From Candidatus Bathyarchaeota archaeon (GTDB taxonomy: Archaea; Thermoproteota; Bathyarchaeia; 40CM-2-53-6), in assembly GCA_963706285.1 (NCBI GenBank), contig CAVPLU010000010.1, positions 196,087 to 260,086 on the forward strand: a stretch of DNA of 64,000 bases. Reading direction: 5' to 3'. Both the position numbers and the translations under genes were made by a program. The notes beneath the pieces were generated by a model. It saw only the letters and a list, made by a program, of their open reading frames with translations, was not told the DNA's origin and did not search any database. Shown here in pieces: positions 30,695 through 41,493 of this stretch. How positions within the stretch are numbered: position 1 is the first letter of the stretch; every line of letters begins with the position of its first letter.

Positions 30695-31765
30695 TCATTT
30701 TCTTGATCGGCGTGCACGGTCACCCATGACCAAAGCCATTACAGCTTTCTGCACGTGCAGTCGGTTCTCAGCTTCTTCAAAGTACAGCGAGTAGTGTTTG
30801 TTGTCGATAACGTCGTCAGTCACTTCTTGACCGCGATCTGCTGGTCCACAATGCATGTACTTGCCTTTGTTCGTCAGATCCATGAGCTCCTGCGTGCAGA
30901 TCCAATCCTTAAACTGGTCCTGATAGGCAGCGGCGCCTGCTTTGTCTGGAGAACCGCTGTGTGGCGGAAAGAAGTTCTTTGGCGACCAAGCCTTCGGATA
31001 AACGATATCCGCGCCTTCAAAGGCCTTTTTCATGTCGTTGATGACGGTGAAGTGTCCTCCGTATCTATCTGCATTCGCCTTCGATGCTTCGAGCACCACA
31101 TCTTCTAGTTCGAAACCTTTCGGATGCGCGAGCACGACATCCATTCCGAGTTGCGTTCCTATGAGTACCTCGCTTTGTGGTACAGCTAGCGGTTTCAATC
31201 CTCCGGAATAGGCGTAGGATACTACGAGTTTCTTTCCTTTCAGTTTCGGAATTGCTTGCCTCATTGCTTGAGCGTCTGCCAGCGCTTGGAATGGATGATA
31301 CATGTCGTCTTCCATGTTGAGGACAGGGATCGTTGCGTGTTTCGCGAACTCCTGTACAACCTTGTGACCTCTGCCAATATTCCATTTCGCCGCGTCACCA
31401 TAGATGCGGATCGCAATTGCGTCTCCATACCTGCTTAGAACTCTGCCAACGTCAGAGATGGCCTCAGTCTGATATGCCACCATATCTTCGGGCAACGCAG
31501 GCGTGTAGACGTCCTGCGGGCTTAGAAAGTGCGCGTGCCCGCCCAGTTGATACATTCCCGCCTCGAATGAGTTGCGCGTTCTCAGTGACCTATTGTAGAA
31601 CATCATGAACAGCGTCTTTCCAGGCAGATAATGATGCTTCTTGTGAGCCCAGAACATCCGTCTTAACGCGTCTGCTGCATCTAGAATGCGCTTGATCTCT
31701 TCTTGCGAGAAATCGTTTGTATCGAGGAAATCCTTTCCTTTCCATAAGCCTACGAATGAAACCAA
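30695..31765 (-). CDS. Atypical (knotted-type) carbamoyltransferase, AOTCase/YgeW-related
   Basis: SLRTR, HPFQALAD, KPLAVPQS, YPKAW, HCGPADRG and EAENRLH. Confidence 0.88.
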   Translation of the reverse strand: MVSFVGLWKGKDFLDTNDFSQEEIKRILDAADALRRMFWAHKKHHYLPGKTLFMMFYNRSLRTRNSFEAGMYQLGGHAHFLSPQDVYTPALPEDMVAYQTEAISDVGRVLSRYGDAIAIRIYGDAAKWNIGRGHKVVQEFAKHATIPVLNMEDDMYHPFQALADAQAMRQAIPKLKGKKLVVSYAYSGGLKPLAVPQSEVLIGTQLGMDVVLAHPKGFELEDVVLEASKANADRYGGHFTVINDMKKAFEGADIVYPKAWSPKNFFPPHSGSPDKAGAAAYQDQFKDWICTQELMDLTNKGKYMHCGPADRGQEVTDDVIDNKHYSLYFEEAENRLHVQKAVMALVMGDRARRSRK

Positions 31766-31895
31766 ATTGAATGCAACTCGTGAAACATGCTTGAATTTTG
31801 CGTGTACTTATGGATAGCTCTCAGAGAGATTGCTTTGACACTCTGCAATTGTGAACTGTTGCTTTTGCCGAATCCCATCAAGAACGCATTTTAGT

Positions 31896-32955
31896 CTACT
31901 TGGTCAATCCTCGGTTGATTAGGCGCTCGCGTCCCCACGTTGCGAAGTCAGCCGGAGGATGAACAGCCTCGCTCTCTGGTTTTCGCTCTAGTCTCGCCAC
32001 GTTGTTGGGGCAGCCTGTGACACACAGGCCGCAGCCTATGCAGCGCTTGCGATCTACAACGCTTACCCCATCTTTATCGGAGATTGCGTGCACTTGACAT
32101 CTTTCTATGCAGGTTCCGCATCCTAGACATTCATCAGGATTAATGACTGCAAAGTAGTTGGCTTGGGCTACCGAGTTCTCGATTCCGTATTCGTTGATTC
32201 CTCGAAGGATGCCACAACAACAACCGCAGCAGTTGCACACGTAGCCAACTCCTTTCATGACATTGCTGACGGTATGCACAAGGCCGATCTCTTCGGCCTT
32301 GTCGATGAACTCAAGCGCCTGTTCCCTCGAAACATCAAGCGGACTGGGCGGACGTTCGAACGGTGAGAAGAAGAGGCAAGTTCTCAACGGAAAGTCACAT
32401 CGACGATGATTGATGTTGTCTTGCTGTACTCGACAGATGCAGTCGCGGAGACCGAATGTCTTGGAAGAGAGTAGGATCTTGCGAACATCATCGTATGGGA
32501 GAATCCACTCGGATTTCACAGCCTTCTGGGCAGGGACGACACGGTGCAGGGCAGGTTGGGGTTTCATGATGCCGGCCGCTCCGCCGTTCGCGAGGTACTC
32601 CTCGACGAGATGGGCAAGTTCGTGATCCATCACGTCTACTTGTTCTTCGTAGATGCCGACAATGAATGGAGCCAGTCTGAATCGAGGCTTCTCCGCTCCC
32701 GAATCAAACCATACTAGGCCTCTCTGAGCCATCCTCAGTCAGGCTTTGCCCGGCCTCTTCCACAGGAAGGCCCACGCGTCTCGCTATGGCGTCTAGCGGC
32801 TCCTTATGGCCACTTAGTTGGCTAGCGAGAGACGCCTCGTCGCGCGAGAAGATTTTTCTTAGGATCGCGATCTCAACTTTGGATGCTGTCCTGGGAAAAC
32901 CATTCGGAAGTCTATCCAAAGCATCTGCAAGCTGCTCGTACACATCAGTGGTCAT
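31896..32955 (-). CDS. wHTH + multi-4Fe-4S binding protein, frameshift near 32735
   Basis: CICR, CNCCGCCC, CLGCGTCIERC and CIGCGLCVTGCP. Confidence 0.88.
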
Positions 32956-33185
32956 CCTACGTCGATTCTCCCTCACCTAGACTTCAGAGTCCGCCTGAGT
33001 GTGAATAGAATGTCTTGTCTCAGTAGGAGAAAAGGTCTCCGCAACGACTGAAAAGCAGTTGCTGGCATTTTCACTAGCCGGATCCGCCTTGAACAAATGA
33101 CATCTTCGCGACTAGACCCTTAGTGTAGGTCGTAGGTTCCAGTTCCAGATGTCGATCGAACATCGGGCCGAAAGAGGACGTAAAG

Positions 33186-33623
33186 TCAGTTGAATGACCT
33201 GTAGATCGAAGGGTAATCCTCGATTAGGATTAGGTTGAGTCTGAGGACGTTGACGTATGGTTCGCCGGCAACCCATAAAGTTCTCTCGACGTTTTCATCA
33301 ACAATGTGTTTGATCGCGTCCGAGGAGATTCCAGTTGCCGCTTGTATTCTTGGAATCTGTGAGTAAGCGTCTTGAAGAGTGATGTCCGGATCCACTCCTG
33401 ATGCTGAATCGTTTCGTGGGTGGAAGAACATAGGGGAACTGAAATTTTGTGCGATGAGACTGGAGCCTATGTCACGTCCGTGGAACTGAATTATCTGCCC
33501 ATTTGCTTGGTAGGGCAGCATGATTTGCGCAACCGCTGTCACCACGAGCGGAAAGAATAGCCCGCATAATACGAGTGAGATTACCGCGAGTCTAACGGTG
33601 GGCCCATACTCGTGCTTGTTCAA
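33186..33623 (-). CDS. kdpC: K+-transporting ATPase subunit C
   Basis: PYQANG, GSSLIAQNF, SASGVDPDI and EPYVNVLRLNL. Confidence 0.93.
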   Translation of the reverse strand: MNKHEYGPTVRLAVISLVLCGLFFPLVVTAVAQIMLPYQANGQIIQFHGRDIGSSLIAQNFSSPMFFHPRNDSASGVDPDITLQDAYSQIPRIQAATGISSDAIKHIVDENVERTLWVAGEPYVNVLRLNLILIEDYPSIYRSFN

Positions 33624-33635
33624 TTTGTCGATCTC

Positions 33636-35756
33636 CTAGACATGAATTGCCGATAGGGCGATGTCTATCAGCTTGATTCCCACGAATGGAACTATTACTC
33701 CGCCCCCGCCATAGATGATCGTGTTCTTCAAGAACAGGGTCATCGTGTCCGAAGGTTTGAAGGAGACGCCCTTCATGGCGAGTGGGATCAGGAGCGGAAT
33801 TATGACTGCGTTAAATATTAAGGCCGAGAGCACAGCGCTATGCAGCCCGAGCCCAAGAATGTTCAACGCCCGAAGCTCGGGCACAAATGCAAAAAGGACG
33901 GGTATTATTGCGAAGTATTTTGCGACGTCGTTTGCAATGCTGAATGTGGTTACTGCTCCACGCGTCATGAGAAGCTGTTTTCCAAGCATGACGACTTCAA
34001 TGATCTTTGCAGGATTAGATTCAAGGTCAACCATGTTTGCCGCTTCCTTCGCGGCTTCCGTTCCTGAGTTCATGGCAAGCCCCACATCTGCAACTGCCAA
34101 GGCGGGTGCATCATTGGTTCCATCACCGATCATCGCAACAATCCTAGTGTTGGCTTGTTCTCGGAGCACTATCTCATGCTTGTCCTCAGGCTTCGCCTGA
34201 GGCACATATTCGTCGATGCCAACTTCTGATGCAATGCTCTTGGCGGTGAGTGGATGGTCTCCGGTTATCATCACTGGGCGTATGCCCATTGCTTTGACAT
34301 CTCGGATTTTCTCCTTGATGCCGGTCTTCAAGACGTCTCTCAGTCGAATTATTCCGATTATTTCACGATTCTTAGTGATGGCAACCGGGCTGTCACCTGC
34401 TTCTGAGATTCTGGTGATGACATTGTCGAAATCGGCGGAGCAAGAGTCAACGATCTTCCTTATTGCGTCTGGGGCTCCTTTGATTATCTCAGTCTCGCCT
34501 GCGCCGATGGCCCCGTTCAGGGAGTCCGCGAATTTTCGCCTGAATCTTGCTCTATCGGGGGAGCCTTTTGGTAGCATGAAGCCAGAGCCGACTGTCAACT
34601 TCACACCGCTTGTTCTGGTTGTTGCGGAGAACTCGTAGGCTTCCGAGAGAGCTAGATCGTTCAACTCTCTTGGTATCAAGCCAAGACTGTAAGCTAGCCT
34701 GATTATGCTGCGTCCTTCTGGAGTGTCGTCGTGCCATGATGCGAGAAACGCTGCTTCTCCAACTTCTCGTTCGGAATGACCTTCGAAAGGTACGAACTCT
34801 ATCGCTTGTCTGCTTCCAACAGTAATTGTACCAGTCTTGTCGAGAAGGATTGTATCCGTGTCGCCAGCAGTTTCGATTGCTCTGCCTGATTTTGCAACAA
34901 TTCTCCTCGCATACAGTCTAGACATTCCGGAGAGGCCGATGGCTGGAAGAAGCGCCCCTATCGTAGTTGGAAGAAGACAAACGTACAGGGCAATTATGAC
35001 TGAAAGGTCTGCTCCGAGGCTGAGCTGCACTGCAATTCCTAGAAGTGCGAGAATGATTATGGTGAAGATGGCAGTTAGCCCTATTAGGACTATTACTACT
35101 GCTTGCTCGTTTGGAGTCTTTGGTCTCTTTGATGATTCTACCAATCGGATCATTTGGTTGATGTAGCTGTCTTCAGGATCTATTGTGACTCTGGCGGTTA
35201 ATGTATCGCTGATCAGTTTTGAGCCTCCGATCAAAGGGTCACTAGGTGCTTTTCTGACAGGGGTTGATTCGCCTGTGAGAAGGGATTCATCAACCATTGC
35301 AATGCCTTCGGTGACTTCGGCGTCTATCGGAATCATGTCGCCCTTCTCAAGCAGAATCATGTCTCCTCGGCGCAACTGAGTGGAGGGAGTAAGAACGACT
35401 GACCCCTCTGTCACTAGCTTCTTCGTCATGGCCTCAGTTTCGAGCTTCCTGAGACTGCTAGCAGTGTTCTTCGCTTGAGTCTCAGCAAGAGAATCCGAGA
35501 GTGTACTAAACCAGACTGTGATGAGCAATATGGCTGCAACTTCGATGTAGAAGATACGGTCATTTGGGCTAGCTACGGGAAGGAAACCCTGGGGGTAGAT
35601 GGCCATCGCTGTCACGACGAAGAATGTGACTTCAACAATGAACATGACTGGATTTGCCATCAATGAGATCGGGTTGAGTCTCACCACTGAGTCGACAAGT
35701 GTCTTGTTGGAAATCGCTCCTGACCGCAAACTGGCCCGATGATCGTTGGCTGGCAA
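33636..35756 (-). CDS. kdpB: K+-transporting ATPase subunit B
   Basis: NPVMF, TGES, CLLPTTIG, DKTGT, TGD, GDGTNDAPAL and TTFSIANDVAKYF. Confidence 0.97.
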   Translation of the reverse strand: MPANDHRASLRSGAISNKTLVDSVVRLNPISLMANPVMFIVEVTFFVVTAMAIYPQGFLPVASPNDRIFYIEVAAILLITVWFSTLSDSLAETQAKNTASSLRKLETEAMTKKLVTEGSVVLTPSTQLRRGDMILLEKGDMIPIDAEVTEGIAMVDESLLTGESTPVRKAPSDPLIGGSKLISDTLTARVTIDPEDSYINQMIRLVESSKRPKTPNEQAVVIVLIGLTAIFTIIILALLGIAVQLSLGADLSVIIALYVCLLPTTIGALLPAIGLSGMSRLYARRIVAKSGRAIETAGDTDTILLDKTGTITVGSRQAIEFVPFEGHSEREVGEAAFLASWHDDTPEGRSIIRLAYSLGLIPRELNDLALSEAYEFSATTRTSGVKLTVGSGFMLPKGSPDRARFRRKFADSLNGAIGAGETEIIKGAPDAIRKIVDSCSADFDNVITRISEAGDSPVAITKNREIIGIIRLRDVLKTGIKEKIRDVKAMGIRPVMITGDHPLTAKSIASEVGIDEYVPQAKPEDKHEIVLREQANTRIVAMIGDGTNDAPALAVADVGLAMNSGTEAAKEAANMVDLESNPAKIIEVVMLGKQLLMTRGAVTTFSIANDVAKYFAIIPVLFAFVPELRALNILGLGLHSAVLSALIFNAVIIPLLIPLAMKGVSFKPSDTMTLFLKNTIIYGGGGVIVPFVGIKLIDIALSAIHV

Positions 35757-35775
35757 GTCTTTTCGCCTTACATAG

Positions 35776-37433
35776 CTAGCCGAAACCGTTCACATGTCCT
35801 TGGAAGTAGGATAGGATTGGACCGAGTGCAAGGAATGGAAAGAACGTTAACGCAACAAGGATCAACGTGGCACCTATGAGAACAATGGAGAATGTTATGC
35901 TGTCAGTTCGTAGTGCAACCTCGGCGCTTCTCTTTCTCCCGATCATTGAGCCCGCGAGTGCAAGCAACAAACCCATCGGGGCATATCGGCCCGCGAACAT
36001 CACAAGGGCAGTTGACACGTTGAAGAAAGGTGTATTCGCGGATGCACCTAGGAAGTCCGATCCGTTGTTTGCTGCGGCGGTCGTGAACTCGTATAGGATT
36101 TGAGTGAAGCCAATCGAGTTGCTTGCCACTCCGATTGCGTTTGCGGCTCCGGTCGCGTATGCAAGCACCGTTGGAATCAGAATTATGATGGGGTGGACTA
36201 GGAAGGCAACCATTACTAGCGTAACGTCTCTTCCGTTGATCTTCATTCCCAAATATTCAGGAGTTCTTCCTGACATGAGACCAACAATGAATACTGTGAT
36301 TACGACATACATGACCATGTACATCAATCCCACACCCTTTCCTCCTGGCGTTGCCTGAATCAGCATCCCCATGAAACCAGAGAGTATGACGAGTGGGTGC
36401 ATCGCGGAGAGCGAAGCGTTGACTGAACCTGTGGTTACGGCTGTCGTGACAACGGTCCAGAAGGCTGAGAAGAATCCTCCAAACCGAACCTCCATACCCG
36501 GACCCAAAACAGGATTGGGAACAAATGCGATGATGAGATCAATTACGAAGAGTCCGTACGAGGCCCAGAGTATGGGTCTGCTCTCTTTCCTCTTTCCAAG
36601 GATCTCTCCATACACAAAGCACAGCACTGTTGGCATGAGTAGCATTAAGATGATTTCAAGAACATTCGATGCAGGATTCGGATTTTGGAACGGATAGGCG
36701 GAATTGGCCCCGTAGTATCCTCCGCCGTTAGTTCCAATCTGCATGATGGAGACTAGGGAGGCGACAGGGCCGACCAAGATCAGCTGTGTCGCGCCTTCTA
36801 CTGTCTTCACAACTGAATATCCGCTGAGAGTCTGAGGCACGCCGAGCCAAACAAAGCACAAGGACGCTACAAAACATAATGGGAACAGTATCCTAGTCAG
36901 GGATTTCACGAAGTCAACGTAGAAATTGCCCAAGTCTTTAGAGCCGGTCTTGAAACCTCGTACCATCGCTATCGCTGCGCAGAGTCCGGAACCGGCTGAC
37001 GTGAATTGGAGAAACTGAATTGCCGTCATCTGGCTCAAATACGAAAGGGTACTCTCGCCGATTGTAATGCTGAAGATTCGTATTGGTACCGAAGGAGATG
37101 ACTGTATTGAATGCAAGATCCCACGTCAGACCAGGAAACCCTTGAGGATTAAGCGGAAGTCTATCTTGGAAAATGAGTACTCGAAAGGCGAGGATCATTT
37201 GGAGCATGTTGAGCATGATCAACGAGAGGAAGTATTCCTTCCAATCCATTGAGCGGTTTGGATTCACGCCACCGAGCTTGTAGATCCAGCTCTCGAGTGG
37301 ATTCAAAACTCGGTCAAGGCGGCTTGGAGCCACGAGCAAAGACCCTTGTGACATATGGCGCCAGAAGGCGGCCCAAAGCAAGCACTAAGGCCAAGATCAG
37401 AATTATGACCGACGCTTGAATGAGATCTATCAA
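35776..37433 (-). CDS. kdpA: K+-transporting ATPase subunit A (two frameshifts, near 37330 and 37060)
   Basis: ISFGTNTNLQHY, GNFYVD, GTNGGG, GRTPEYLG and AANNGS. The N-terminus LIDLIQASV...LAPY is read from TTG 37433. Confidence 0.93.
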
Positions 37434-37518
37434 TGCGATTCAGCACCATCAAGCTCTTCCAGAATTCTCACGATGTGAATTGACAGAATCAAACCTCACT
37501 AAGGAGGCGGGGAGGTCG

Positions 37519-37812
37519 TTACTGCGGGGTCGGTTGTGATACCGTCTTCTTTGTGTTGTTTCTAGGACCTTTTGGAGCGTTTAACACTATAGAAGTTACT
37601 GTGCTCTTCACACCCTTTATTTTGAGAATCTTGTTGTTCAGGAGGTCCCGGAATTCCTCTATATCCGCTACTGAGACAAGCGTGACAATGTCGAACTCCC
37701 CTGTTACCTCGAAGAGTTCTTCTACGTTAGGCAATTGGGCGAGGGCGTCGAGGACATCTACCAAACTAGGTGACTCGACAAAAATGTTCACAAAAGCCAA
37801 AAGACGTGCCAA
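37519..37812 (-). CDS. Stand-alone Lrp/AsnC ligand-binding (RAM) domain protein
   Basis: AFVNI, EVTGEFDIV and IKGVKSTVTSIVL; no HTH domain. Confidence 0.88.
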   Translation of the reverse strand: MARLLAFVNIFVESPSLVDVLDALAQLPNVEELFEVTGEFDIVTLVSVADIEEFRDLLNNKILKIKGVKSTVTSIVLNAPKGPRNNTKKTVSQPTPQ

Positions 37813-37947
37813 AGTCAGTCATCGATCCTGGACTCCGCTGCTAGAGTTGAAACGCCAGCACCGTTCAGCAGCATATTAAGCGTTACTCTCCTTTTGCAGT
37901 CATTCTCGGTTCAATCGGCCGTCAATGCGAGAATGAAGATCGTTGTG

Positions 37948-39133
37948 TCAATAGCGGACCATTGCTTTCTCGCTGTTGAATATCTTGACCGCAACTGCGA
38001 GTGCAAGGATCATGTACGCGAATGCGGACAGCAGCTCAATTGTCAAGCTTGCAGGTGATACCCTGTTTAGCAGCGCGTCCCTAATGATGAGCATGGCATT
38101 GAATATCGGCGCGACCGCAAAAGATCGGAGCGTTTGATCGCTCATATACTGCATAGCTAACGCCGGAACAATCACAACTATCGAGAGAGGAGAAAGGAAG
38201 TTCTGTGCCTCCTTGAAGCTTCGTGCAAAGATCGCGACCATCATTTCAAGCGAGGCACTTGTCATGGCAAGCACAAGAGTCGCCAAACCAATGAGGAAGA
38301 GGTTAACCGGCGAAATGGTAAGGCCTAGAGCTGAAGTCTCACCGATTGCTCCTGAGAGAAAGAGAGCTCCTGAAGTCATTCCGAGAATTGCCAGCACAGA
38401 CGAGAGGAGCGCTATCAGGACAGCGATTAGGAACTTTCCCAAGATGATTTCTGTGCGAGTTACAGGCATGGTCAATAATGTCTCCAAAGTCTTGCGTTCT
38501 TTCTCGCCCGCGGTAGTATCAATGACAAAGTACATGGCTCCAGTAACGGCGTAGACTCCGAGAAACAATGGCAGGAGTATTGCGAGGAATATTGCTCCGG
38601 TACTTGAGACCGTGACCGACCGGAGGTCGGTTACAATAGGGACTAGCGCTTCGGGAGGGAGTCCCTTGTTTGCCAGCCTCGCCGTGACTATCTTGTCAGC
38701 ATAGGTTGTGATTGCGTCTCGGACCAGTGCGAGCGCGATTGTGCCTCGTGTACTACTTTGATCGACATAGACTGTGATCATTGCCTGCTGGTCTGGTGCT
38801 TCAAGTATTCGAGAGAAGTCTGGCGGAAGCACCATGCCGAGTTCGTAGTCCCCGTTCTGGATGAGTCTCGTCATGTTCTCCGTGGACTCCAATTCGGACT
38901 ATGTGGATTTGATCTGATGAGAGGCTCGCGAGGAAATCATCAGACGTGCTGTCGCTTTGGATAACTGCCATTGTTACTGGGTTCCTTTGGGGGCTCGCCA
39001 GAAACGCTGGCAAGAACATGAGGACTGGGAGCACTAGTATGGGAATCACTATCATTGCGAGTATTGTACGCCGGTCTCTCAACGCGTCTTTGAGTTCTTT
39101 ACCGGCGATCGCTGCAATTCTACTTGGATTCAT
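37948..39133 (-). CDS. natB: ABC-2 permease, NatB-like, frameshift near 38890
   Basis: KELKDALRDRRT, AGEKERKTLETLL and ARSFKEAQ. Confidence 0.85.
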
Positions 39134-39143
39134 TCTCCATCCC

Positions 39144-39893
39144 TTATTCCGTTACTAACTGTACGAAGACGCTCTCCAAGTCTTTCTGGGAGGTCTTCTT
39201 CTCCAGTTCCGCCACTGTTCCGACTCCAGCGATTCCTCCGTGATCAATGATCGCTACTCTATCGCAGAGTTTCTGAGCTTCAGTCATGTTATGCGTTGAA
39301 ATCAGGATGGCTTTTCCCTCTTTCCGGAAACGGTCCACGAATGCATGAATGGAGCGAGCACTCATCACATCCAAACCCGCTGTAGGCTCATCGAGCAATA
39401 AGACGGCAGGATCATGAACGAAAGCCCGAAGCAGGGCAACTTTCTGTTTCATACCTTTCGAGAAATCCCCAACCTTCGTGTTCGCTCTGTCCCCCAACTC
39501 CATGATTTCAAGGAGTTCGTCCGTTCGCTTCCTCAGCAGATCTGCCGGCATTCCGTGCAGCTTTCCATAGTAGAGTAGGTGCTCTCTTGGTGTCAAACGG
39601 TCGTAGAGTCCTGAATCCTCAGGCAATACGCCGATCGAGGCACGCACCTTCTGAGGTTCGCGAATCAGATCATAACCTGCAACTGTGGCTGTCCCACTCG
39701 TCGGTTTCAACACGGTGCTCAGAAGTCGCATCGTGGTTGTCTTTCCAGCGCCGTTCGGGCCAAGAAGGCCGAAGACCTCACCGTCAGAAACCACAAAACT
39801 AACCTGGTCTACGGCCGTGAACTTTCCAAAATTCTTGGTCAGTGAAGTGCATTCTATCAATGCTTGCTCGCCAACAATGGAACTGAACGCCAT
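39144..39893 (-). CDS. natA: ABC ATP-binding protein, NatA-like
   Basis: GPNGAGKTT, GLYDRLTPRE, FSKGMKQK and LDEPTAGLD. Confidence 0.88.
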   Translation of the reverse strand: MAFSSIVGEQALIECTSLTKNFGKFTAVDQVSFVVSDGEVFGLLGPNGAGKTTTMRLLSTVLKPTSGTATVAGYDLIREPQKVRASIGVLPEDSGLYDRLTPREHLLYYGKLHGMPADLLRKRTDELLEIMELGDRANTKVGDFSKGMKQKVALLRAFVHDPAVLLLDEPTAGLDVMSARSIHAFVDRFRKEGKAILISTHNMTEAQKLCDRVAIIDHGGIAGVGTVAELEKKTSQKDLESVFVQLVTE

Positions 39894-39982
39894 GTCAGAG
39901 TTGACATAGGTAAACCAAACGGTTGTCTGGCCGTAGATGAGTTAAATGAGAGTCCTTATGAGCGCGAGAAAGTTCTTCCGGC

Positions 39983-41026
39983 ATGTCAACTGATGTTGCA
40001 GAATCCGGGGACCTGTTACTCTCGATGAATATTCTGAATTCCCTAGAAGCACGCGTTCACATTCCGCCAAGCTCAAGGGTTTTCTGCATATCCCACAACG
40101 ACGATGCTGATGGACTTGCGAGCGCCGCTCTTGTCCATCGTGCGACACGTTGTTCCTTCGGTCTGACGGGTTACGAGGATCTTGAGCAGGTTCTAGCGAA
40201 AGCGCCACGCGATCTAGATTGGCTCGTCTTGGCTGACCTAGGCCTTAGCGAGAAGGAAGAACTAATCAGGAGTCTCCCAGGTTTTGCAGAACACGTATTG
40301 TATCTGGATCATCATTTGCTCTCAGCAGGTTCTAGGAGATCGCTTCAGAGAGCAAAGGTGATCGTTCGCCATTCATTGGACAACTGCACGAGTGTGCTGG
40401 CATGGGCCGTGCTTAGGGATCAGCTTCCCGAAGCCGCGATCAATCTGGCCGCATATGGCGCAGTGACCGATCCGCCTGTGTCTGGTAGTCTAACCCGCGA
40501 AGTCCTCGCGAAGACGAACTGGAACCTCAATGGATACGAGGGCCACATGCTCGCGCTCGCTCTCTCTTCCAAGAAATGTACTGAAGTACTGAGACGGAGG
40601 ATCGTGAGAGATCTCGCGGCACTTCGAATGCCTCATGAGACCGCCGCAGTGCATCGACTCGCTGATCAGCAAGCAGCAGCGATGTTGAGAATTCGGAAGC
40701 AGCTGCATGATCGAGCAAAAGTGAGAGGACGAGTTGCTATCGCTCAAGCGGGTCGATTGGCACTCGGAACATCAGCTGAATTACTCTTAGACGTTCCAAA
40801 TGTAACTGTGACCTTGGTCTATAACACCACAGGGATACCTGGACAATCACGCGTATCAGTGCGAGGCACCGACGAATGCACTCAACACCTCGGAAAGATT
40901 CTCTCCAAGCTCTCCCGAAAGGTCGGCGGCGAAGGCGGAGGACACATGCTTGCCGCTGGAGCAATGGTGCCGACAAAACGATTGCATGAGTTCCTACGAT
41001 TATTCGTCAAAGAAGTGGGACGTTGA
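39983..41026 (+). CDS. DHH/DHHA1 family phosphoesterase (second paralog)
   Basis: HNDDADG, DLG, DHH and GGGHMLAAG. Confidence 0.88.
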   Translation: MSTDVAESGDLLLSMNILNSLEARVHIPPSSRVFCISHNDDADGLASAALVHRATRCSFGLTGYEDLEQVLAKAPRDLDWLVLADLGLSEKEELIRSLPGFAEHVLYLDHHLLSAGSRRSLQRAKVIVRHSLDNCTSVLAWAVLRDQLPEAAINLAAYGAVTDPPVSGSLTREVLAKTNWNLNGYEGHMLALALSSKKCTEVLRRRIVRDLAALRMPHETAAVHRLADQQAAAMLRIRKQLHDRAKVRGRVAIAQAGRLALGTSAELLLDVPNVTVTLVYNTTGIPGQSRVSVRGTDECTQHLGKILSKLSRKVGGEGGGHMLAAGAMVPTKRLHEFLRLFVKEVGR

Positions 41027-41031
41027 CTTTC

Positions 41032-41289
41032 TTACGCGACGCCAAGTCTGAAGTTTGCTTGGGAGCCGCACTTGTTGCACTTACAGTAGCCTAAGCCGTC
41101 AACCGCGAATAATGTATGTTGGCCGCATGATGTGCAGTTGCCCTCGAAAGTTCTCAGCATGGTGGCGCTTGAGAGGCCTTGCTCGCTATGCCTTTGCTGT
41201 CTCTCTTCGGTCTTCTTCTTGATGACCGAGGCGTGTATTTGCTGTTCTTTGAGCTTCACGAGGTACGATCTCGGCAACTTACGAGGCAT
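41032..41289 (-). CDS. Small zinc-ribbon protein
   Basis: CTSCG...CKCNKCG at the C-terminus of an 85-aa ORF. Confidence 0.65.
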   Translation of the reverse strand: MPRKLPRSYLVKLKEQQIHASVIKKKTEERQQRHSEQGLSSATMLRTFEGNCTSCGQHTLFAVDGLGYCKCNKCGSQANFRLGVA

Positions 41290-41493
41290 GAACCGTTCTG
41301 AGCTAAGATAGGAGAGACTGGCGTATAAGCCTGAACCAAGTCATCTCTCGAAACCAAGTCTCGTTTGGTCTGTCGACAGTCAATTCGTCGCCGCTCCCCT
41401 TGGTGCAGGCATAGTACTTTGATCCGTCGTGAGGGATGCCGCTCGTGCTTCGAGAGAAGTGTCCTTATGCTTCCTGGCGGCGTGATTGGTGAG

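Noticed and set aside
12413-41026. Two DHH paralogs as a defence or signalling system
   Set aside because: They are about 27 kb apart with no cyclase or effector neighbours, and multiple DHH proteins are ordinary in archaea.
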